A stretch of 64,000 nucleotides of DNA, from the IMG/VR virus record IMGVR_UViG_3300008259_002461, one strand, 5' to 3'. A program made the translations under genes and the position numbers. Source of the stretch: a virus. Lineage: Duplodnaviria > Caudoviricetes. Below, in pieces: positions 57,645-64,000 of the stretch (position 1 is the stretch's first letter; the number at the start of each line of letters is the position of its first letter). The notes beneath the pieces were generated by a model. It worked only from the letters and a program-made list of their open reading frames with translations. It was not told the DNA's origin and ran no database searches.

Positions 57645-58231
57645 TACACGGTAAAATAGAAGATTTTATTGGCATTTACGAAAATGCTGTTAGTGCAGAA
57701 CATTGCAATGCTATGATCAACTACTTTGAAAGTCTTAGAGACTATAATCTTGTTATTGATCAAGATCAATATACTACACAAGCTACTGTAAGAAAAGACG
57801 AATCAGTATTTTTATGCCACCCTGATGTAATAACATTGCCTAAAGGTTCACCTATTATTTTTCCGTTTGCAGACGCATTATGGAAATGCTACGAAGATTA
57901 TACTAAAGAGTTTGAAATGCTAAGAACTGCTGCCAAACACGGTTTTTATATGTTGCGTATACAGCGAACTGATAAAGGCGGAGGCTTTCATAATTGGCAT
58001 TTTGAAAATACTGGAAATGAAACATCAAATAGATTAGTCACATTTATGATGTATCTTAACGATGTAGAAGAAGGAGGTGAAACAGAATTCCTTTATCTCC
58101 ATAAAAGAATAAAACCTAAAGCAGGTACTATGCTAATATGGCCGTCTACCTATACACACACGCATCGAGGAAATCCTCCGCTAAGTGGAACAAAGTATAT
58201 TATAACAGGATGGTTAACATACTTTGAATAA
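57641..58231 (+). CDS. 2OG-Fe(II) oxygenase, P4H-like (HxE)
   Basis: WHFE…YLNDVEEGGETEF…THRGNPP…KYIITGW. Confidence 0.9.
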   Translation: MIHGKIEDFIGIYENAVSAEHCNAMINYFESLRDYNLVIDQDQYTTQATVRKDESVFLCHPDVITLPKGSPIIFPFADALWKCYEDYTKEFEMLRTAAKHGFYMLRIQRTDKGGGFHNWHFENTGNETSNRLVTFMMYLNDVEEGGETEFLYLHKRIKPKAGTMLIWPSTYTHTHRGNPPLSGTKYIITGWLTYFE

Positions 58232-58237
58232 GTTAAT

Positions 58238-59800
58238 ATGATTCATATAGATAAAAATTTTAAATTTGTAATTGTAGGCGGAGGTAGTGCTGGATGGATT
58301 TCTGCACTATTTGTTCGTGCAAACTTTCCTGATAGTCAGATCACTGTTATACAAAGTAGCGAAATAGGAATACTTGGAGCAGGTGAAGGTACTACTCCTC
58401 ATATTATAGATTTTTTAGATGAAATTGATGTTCCTGTAAGCAGACTAATCAAGGATGCAAAAGCAGTTTTAAAAAGCGGTATTAAATTTTCTAATTGGAA
58501 CGGTGATAGAAAATACTACTACCATTCGTTTATGGATAACCCAGAGTTGGATCATACTATATTCAGCGAATTAAAGCACACAAAGTTACCATTATTAGAT
58601 CTCGAAGTGATTGCTAACGGAGGATCATTAGATGACATAGGTTTTAATTCAGCAGCGTCTGATAGAAATTGTGTGAGATTTATTCCTAATCCATCTGCTA
58701 CTAACAAAGATTTAGATCCTATACTACACTTTACTAGATTAGGAAGAACTGCGCTTCATTTTGATGCTAACTTACTAGCATCGTGTCTTGAAAATATAGG
58801 CAGGTCAAGAGGCATTAATGTCATAGACGGCATTGTTACAAACTTTACTACTACAGACAGTGGACATATTACATCAGTTAATATTGATTCAAAAAAGATT
58901 GAATGCGATTTTGTGTTTGATTGTTCGGGCTTTAAGAGATTAGCCATTGGTAATTTGTATAAAACGCCATGGAAAAGTTACAAAGAGTATTTGCCTGCAA
59001 AGCGAGCAATGCCATTCTTTATTCCAAATAACTCACAAATAATTCCTCCTTACACAGATTCAACCGCTATGAAATGGGGATGGATGTGGAAAATTCCAGT
59101 TCAAGGCAGATTTGGTTGCGGATATGTTTATGATAGCGATAGAGTTTCTGATGAAGATGCCAAAGCAGAACTAGATCAAGAAATAGGTATTGAGGTTGAA
59201 GTGCCTAGGATATTAAACTTTGAACCAGGTAGATTTGAAAAAATATATGAAAAGAATTGTTTAGCTATTGGACTAAGTTCGGGCTTTATAGAACCGTTAG
59301 AGGCTACCTCTATATGGACGTCATTGATGATGCTGAATGCATGGATAGAAAATCCGGCGGCCATAACACATAACGATCAGACTGCTAGAGATAAAGTTAA
59401 TCAACGGCATTGTGACATGAACGATAACACTCTAGGATTTGTTTATTTTCATTATATCACAAAAAGGGATGACACTACGTTTTGGAGTAATTTCACTAAA
59501 GACAATAAGATTCCAGCATCGTTGCATAAGTTATTAGAAGAATCAAAACACACAATACCTAGTTATGATATGTTTTCTAACATAGGTCTAGACTGGGCTG
59601 CAAAGAGCTTTTTAGCATGCGGTAATGGACAAAAGTTTTTTAATCCTGATCATGCTAAAAAAATATTTGATGCTTACTATAATGGTAAAAGAAAAGACGA
59701 TTATGATCTATTAAAGTATCAGTACTTTAGAAATATTAATTTAAATTTAACAACATTAATAGATCACTATTCTTTTATAGAATATATGAGAAATAATTAA
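58238..59800 (+). CDS. flavin-dependent halogenase 2
   Basis: GGGSAG, GAGEGT, AVLK, WMWKIP, FIEPLEATS. Confidence 0.92.
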   Translation: MIHIDKNFKFVIVGGGSAGWISALFVRANFPDSQITVIQSSEIGILGAGEGTTPHIIDFLDEIDVPVSRLIKDAKAVLKSGIKFSNWNGDRKYYYHSFMDNPELDHTIFSELKHTKLPLLDLEVIANGGSLDDIGFNSAASDRNCVRFIPNPSATNKDLDPILHFTRLGRTALHFDANLLASCLENIGRSRGINVIDGIVTNFTTTDSGHITSVNIDSKKIECDFVFDCSGFKRLAIGNLYKTPWKSYKEYLPAKRAMPFFIPNNSQIIPPYTDSTAMKWGWMWKIPVQGRFGCGYVYDSDRVSDEDAKAELDQEIGIEVEVPRILNFEPGRFEKIYEKNCLAIGLSSGFIEPLEATSIWTSLMMLNAWIENPAAITHNDQTARDKVNQRHCDMNDNTLGFVYFHYITKRDDTTFWSNFTKDNKIPASLHKLLEESKHTIPSYDMFSNIGLDWAAKSFLACGNGQKFFNPDHAKKIFDAYYNGKRKDDYDLLKYQYFRNINLNLTTLIDHYSFIEYMRNN

Positions 59801-60387
59801 TGATTGTAAATAACGTTCTTTCTACTAACGATTATAACAACTTATACAATCTAGTATCGGGCGTAAACTTCCCGTGGTATTATCAACCTGATATAGCATT
59901 TAGAGGGTTTGATGAGCCTGTGCAAGATCCACGTATGTTTCCTAGTCATGGTTTTACTCATGTAGTATGGGATTGTGATCAAGGAAAAGTATCAGATGTT
60001 TTGCAATTTGTAGCACCAATTATTGAAAGTTTTCAAAAACAACTTGGTGTTAAAATTAATAATTTTTTAAGAATAAAAATAAATTTACAAACACCAATTA
60101 TTGGATATACTAACGATCACTATAATGGCCCGCATATTGATAGATTTGATCCGCACAAAACACTCATCTATTATCTTAATGACAGTGACGGTGATACTTT
60201 CATTTTTAATAAAGAATACAATCCTAACGATAAATCAACTTGGCATCCAGTTAGTCCGGATATTAAAGAAAGAGTTACTCCAATTGCAAATTCTTTATAT
60301 TTTTTAGAAAACGGATTCACTTATCATTCAGGAAGCAATCCAGTTAATAGTCCAAGAAGAATCACAATTAATATCAATTACAACTAA
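59800..60387 (+). CDS. 2OG-Fe(II) oxygenase
   Basis: PHID…YYLNDSDGDT…YHSG…RR. Confidence 0.85.
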   Translation: MIVNNVLSTNDYNNLYNLVSGVNFPWYYQPDIAFRGFDEPVQDPRMFPSHGFTHVVWDCDQGKVSDVLQFVAPIIESFQKQLGVKINNFLRIKINLQTPIIGYTNDHYNGPHIDRFDPHKTLIYYLNDSDGDTFIFNKEYNPNDKSTWHPVSPDIKERVTPIANSLYFLENGFTYHSGSNPVNSPRRITININYN

Positions 60388-60977
60388 TGGCAAATTTAAT
60401 AATAGATAGATGGTTTTCAAATCCGGTATGGGAAACTGATCTAAATTTAAACAATGACGAACTTATAGCATATGCTTACGAGCTAAAATCAAAGAAAGAC
60501 GGAATACATAAATCTAATAGAGAAGGGTGGCAATGTTCTGATATTGAAAATCCACCTAACTCTTATTTAAATTTAATAGAATCAATAAACAACACGCTGG
60601 TCGATGTGCATCGATCAATGGGATTAAAAATAGAATATCCATCATATGTTAAAGGCAGTTGGATTAATATTAATCCATATGGCAGTTACAATCTTAGACA
60701 CCTGCATCCAAGAAGTTTATTCAGTGGAGTATATTATCCTAAAGTTCCAGAAGGCGAATGTGGTGATTTAATTTTTTATAGAGATCATGTAATGCTCAGT
60801 TACTTACCAAATCATATTGTAGAAAATTGGAATGATATGACTAGTGGAACAACTGTATATAAAGCAAGGACAGGAATGCTTTTAATTTTTCCTAGTTGGT
60901 TAGAACATTCTGTTACTACTAACCTTACTAGTGAAGATAGGATTTCAATAAGTTTTAATACTAACTACGACTATTAA
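60387..60977 (+). CDS. putative 2OG-Fe(II) oxygenase (HxH type)
   Basis: WININ…HLHP…FSGVYY…IFPSWLEHSV…RISISFN. Confidence 0.85.
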   Translation: MANLIIDRWFSNPVWETDLNLNNDELIAYAYELKSKKDGIHKSNREGWQCSDIENPPNSYLNLIESINNTLVDVHRSMGLKIEYPSYVKGSWININPYGSYNLRHLHPRSLFSGVYYPKVPEGECGDLIFYRDHVMLSYLPNHIVENWNDMTSGTTVYKARTGMLLIFPSWLEHSVTTNLTSEDRISISFNTNYDY

Positions 60978-61378
60978 ATAGACGTTTTTCCTCTAGTCAG
61001 CACACCGTAGTTTTTATCGTTAAATTTGTCCATAAATCTAAAGTGTGCATCTTTAGAATATGGAATTTTTAATTCGTCTATTCTTTCTAATACTTGAGGT
61101 TGTACGAATCTTCCATAGAACGCTTCTAGATCTTCACCCCAGTTATGTCGTATGATATAATATTCTGCATAAGGGCACCAAGCTGCATATACTGCTGTGC
61201 CGCCGCCTCGTTCTATGATAACTTCCCATATTTCAACATCTTCGATTTCCATAATCCTGTCGTAGCTCCAATCAGGACTAGGTGGTAAAACTATTTTATC
61301 TGAGTCCATGTTATTATCATTCCACACTTCGTCATTAAAATCTTCAAAAATATTCTTAGTTGTCTTAAACTGAGGCAT
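60974..61378 (-). CDS. hypothetical protein
   Basis: 134-aa ORF (WEVI…VYAAWCPYAEYYII) in the halogenase-3 operon. Confidence 0.7.
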   Translation of the reverse strand: MPQFKTTKNIFEDFNDEVWNDNNMDSDKIVLPPSPDWSYDRIMEIEDVEIWEVIIERGGGTAVYAAWCPYAEYYIIRHNWGEDLEAFYGRFVQPQVLERIDELKIPYSKDAHFRFMDKFNDKNYGVLTRGKTSI

Positions 61379-61574
61379 TATCTGTTAGATCCTTTATCGA
61401 TAAATTAAGTTTTTTCCAGCTATGTTTTCCTTCGGTAGCATGCCCAGTATAAAGTTCTCCAGTTTCTTGATCAATTAAGATCCATTTCTCTGGACACTTA
61501 GTTACTACTGTAAGTGTTATTGCAGATTCTAATTCTGCAACTTTTTTACTGTTTTTTAATTTTCTTACCTTCAT
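61365..61574 (-). CDS. small hypothetical protein
   Basis: TKCPEKWILIDQETGELY; operon context. Confidence 0.7.
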   Translation of the reverse strand: MKVRKLKNSKKVAELESAITLTVVTKCPEKWILIDQETGELYTGHATEGKHSWKKLNLSIKDLTDNASV

Positions 61575-61583
61575 TACAGATAC

Positions 61584-63011
61584 CTATTGATAATTTGTAG
61601 TAATATGTTTTAGAAAGTCTGTTTCAGCAATGTGATACATGTTAGATTCTATTAGATCTTTGTGCGCCGATTCAGGATTAAGTAAGTCAAGTCCTGCCAT
61701 ACTCCAATTCCATAAGCCAATTGCAGGTGCACCAAAATTATTAGCTATTTCAAAATAACTTACTAACTTATTTTTTGATCGAGTAATAATATTATCAGCG
61801 AACGGACTAACAATATTGTTTTCTTTTATATGGCGCCAGAATGGAGTATCTGCTCTAGTGCCTTGGTAGTGCATAGAAACAAAGTCTAGATTAAGATCAT
61901 AAAAATGTGCAGTTCGCGTGTTATATGAATCTTGATTTTCTATTAGGTTTGTAGTTTTAAGATCACTTGATAAGAAGTCATTAATAAACAATAGTAGTTG
62001 AGCAATAGTAGTATGGATACTTGTAGCTTGTAGCGGTTCAACAAAACAACTTGCTAGTCCTAAGGACAATACATTTTTTTCCCAGAACTTTTCTGATCTG
62101 CCTGGGTCAAAATTTATTATCTTAATAGGAGTAATTTCTCTTCCAAGTAACTGCTCCACTTCAAGTTTAGCATCTTCTGCTGATATAAAATTATTGTTGT
62201 AAACATAACCGCATCCTCGTCGAGTTTGTAAAGGTATGTCCCACATCCAACCAGATGACAGTGCCGTAGCATCAGTCCAAGGTTTTATTTTATCATTTTG
62301 AGTATAGTCTAAAAGAAATGGCATTGCAGTATTGCAGGGCAAATACTTACTGTAGGACTTCCATCCTACATTTAATTTTTTCATTAGAATTTTATTAAAG
62401 CCGCTGCAATCAATAAAAAATTCTGATTCAATTTTTCTACCATCATCTAGAACTACTGATTGTATATGTCCGTTTTGAGGATCAAGCACACAGTCTTTAA
62501 CTATAGCGTCAATGTGTGTGATGTTATCTTTTATGCAGCGTTCTTTAAAAAACTTTCCAACTTTGTGTGCATTAAAATGAAACGCATTAAACACATTGTA
62601 GTTTCTTTCTACTTCGTAGTCTAGACCTATTTTAGAAGCGATATGAGCTTTGTCTTTACCAAACTTGTGCAGTACATATTTAAACACATGATCATTCATT
62701 CTACCAGCTGAAGGACTGCCGTCTAGGGGTGTAAAAAATGAAGTATTATCACCTAACCAATTATTAAATTTAATACCAATTTTGTTAGTTGCATCACAGT
62801 AGTCTACAAACTCTTGTAGATTAATGTCAGTTTTGAAATATCTTCCAGCTAAGAGATCAGTGAAGAATCCTGTAGATCCTTCTCCGGCACCAATAATGCC
62901 AATTTCACTTGATTCAATTACTGTAATTTTGTGTATGTTTGGCTGCGACTTACTTATACAATAAGCCGCTAGCCAACCGGCTGTGCCGCCGCCAACGATT
63001 GTTATATTCAT
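61584..63011 (-). CDS. flavin-dependent halogenase 3 (EPLQ variant)
   Basis: GGGTAG, GAGEGS, ATNK, WMWDIP, FVEPLQATS. Confidence 0.9.
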   Translation of the reverse strand: MNITIVGGGTAGWLAAYCISKSQPNIHKITVIESSEIGIIGAGEGSTGFFTDLLAGRYFKTDINLQEFVDYCDATNKIGIKFNNWLGDNTSFFTPLDGSPSAGRMNDHVFKYVLHKFGKDKAHIASKIGLDYEVERNYNVFNAFHFNAHKVGKFFKERCIKDNITHIDAIVKDCVLDPQNGHIQSVVLDDGRKIESEFFIDCSGFNKILMKKLNVGWKSYSKYLPCNTAMPFLLDYTQNDKIKPWTDATALSSGWMWDIPLQTRRGCGYVYNNNFISAEDAKLEVEQLLGREITPIKIINFDPGRSEKFWEKNVLSLGLASCFVEPLQATSIHTTIAQLLLFINDFLSSDLKTTNLIENQDSYNTRTAHFYDLNLDFVSMHYQGTRADTPFWRHIKENNIVSPFADNIITRSKNKLVSYFEIANNFGAPAIGLWNWSMAGLDLLNPESAHKDLIESNMYHIAETDFLKHITTNYQ

Positions 63012-63056
63012 ACTTTAATTTATGCTGCATGTTAGATCAAATCTAACAAAAGTGAA

Positions 63057-64000
63057 TTAAGTATTTCTGTATCGAATTACAACGACTCCAGGGCCGCCGT
63101 CACCACTTTGTGTGTTACTCCAATATCCGCCACCACCGCCTGCACCTGAATTTGTAGCGCCTGATTGTCCTGCAACTGAGCCTGTTCCGCCCTCACCTCC
63201 ACCAAACGCATTTAAACTTCCACCGTGAGCGCCTGCAAGTCCGTAATGACCGTAGTTACCTGGGGCGTGTGTACCTGCGCCACCACCGCCAGCATATCGA
63301 GTAAGAGTTCCTGTTACTTGACTTGCTAGGCCAGCACCACCTGTGCCCATTTCGTTACCACTGCTTGTTGGTTTACCAGACGATCCAGCACCGCCTCCAC
63401 CACCACCGCAGTGAATGGTAGTAGAACCTGCTGCCCAGCCAAAGCCGCCACCGTGAGCACCAAAGCCGCCAGGGTGACCTTGACCTGCTATACCGCTGCC
63501 ATATCCATTGCCTTCCATGGAAATATGATCGTTATTGTTTCCTGTAGGCGTACCTTGAAGTGTAGCATTTGGCATTCCTGCTAACCAAGGATGGTTAGTT
63601 CCTTGATTTCCGTGACCGCCGGGCGCTTGTGGCCACCAACCGCCCTCACCTCCTGCTCCTGGTGTGTGTCCGCCAGGGCCACCGCCACCACTACCACCGT
63701 TATTCAATCGTATTACTGAATGTCCAGAAGTATATGAACTACCTCTACCGCCGCCGATAGCATTGTACTGCTGAGGTATTCCTGCTCCTACTACACTAGA
63801 AGGATTTCCTGGGTTTTGATTGTTAGCATTATGCTGTGTTTCTCTTGAGCCGCCTGCGCCTACGTTAATGGTATAGTTGCCTGCGGGCAAACTGGCCTGC
63901 GATTCATATATCATTCCGCCTGCGCCACCACCACCACCAATTTGTGCACCACCACCACCACCGGCAACCATTAGTACTTCTACCTGTCCTGGATATGTCA
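63057..64000 (-). CDS. glycine-rich tail-fibre/adhesin-like protein, C-terminal part (5' truncated)
   Basis: Frame is open to the window edge (…TYPGQVEVLMVAGGGGG…YAGGGGAG…GGPGVVVIRY), a Gly-rich domain typical of phage fibres. Confidence 0.8.
   Translation of the reverse strand, partial: TYPGQVEVLMVAGGGGGAQIGGGGGAGGMIYESQASLPAGNYTINVGAGGSRETQHNANNQNPGNPSSVVGAGIPQQYNAIGGGRGSSYTSGHSVIRLNNGGSGGGGPGGHTPGAGGEGGWWPQAPGGHGNQGTNHPWLAGMPNATLQGTPTGNNNDHISMEGNGYGSGIAGQGHPGGFGAHGGGFGWAAGSTTIHCGGGGGGAGSSGKPTSSGNEMGTGGAGLASQVTGTLTRYAGGGGAGTHAPGNYGHYGLAGAHGGSLNAFGGGEGGTGSVAGQSGATNSGAGGGGGYWSNTQSGDGGPGVVVIRYRNT

Noticed and set aside
52471-60977. Non-haem iron halogenases among the 2OG enzymes
   Set aside because: All seven have HxD, HxE or HxH; none has the HxG/A signature that frees a halide site.

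Overview
This is a 64-kb segment of a large, tailed, T4-superfamily (jumbo-type) myophage genome in the standard genetic code. No host chromosome, tRNA/rRNA, CRISPR array or IS element is evident. Layout: (1) 1-1670, short early genes, most behind near-consensus sigma70 promoters. (2) 1671-3920, a largely non-coding, motif-rich stretch with small ORFs. (3) 3920-17849, an adhesin-like gene, then a replication block: gp41 helicase, carbamoyltransferase, gp61 primase, a 188-aa mini DnaE palm, an APS-kinase/nucleotidyltransferase trio, a gp62-like gene and UvsW. (4) 17867-27964, a 12-gene glycan/sugar-modification island with a B12 radical SAM gene, driven by a palindromic pair of late promoters. 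(5) 27961-30759, uvsY-uvsX-gp32. (6) 30890-50772, packaging, neck and tail genes (gp17, gp16-like, gp4, gp19, gp18, gp13-15) with a sulfotransferase, HNH, dNMP kinase and Nudix interspersed. (7) 50881-64000, a phage GroEL, then an island of seven 2OG-Fe(II) oxygenases and three flavin-dependent halogenases abutting a Gly-rich fibre-like gene. The most notable observations are the oxygenase/halogenase island, the minimal family-C polymerase, the late-expressed glycan/sulfation machinery and pervasive leaderless gene starts. All products are called from motifs read by eye; no database searches were run.
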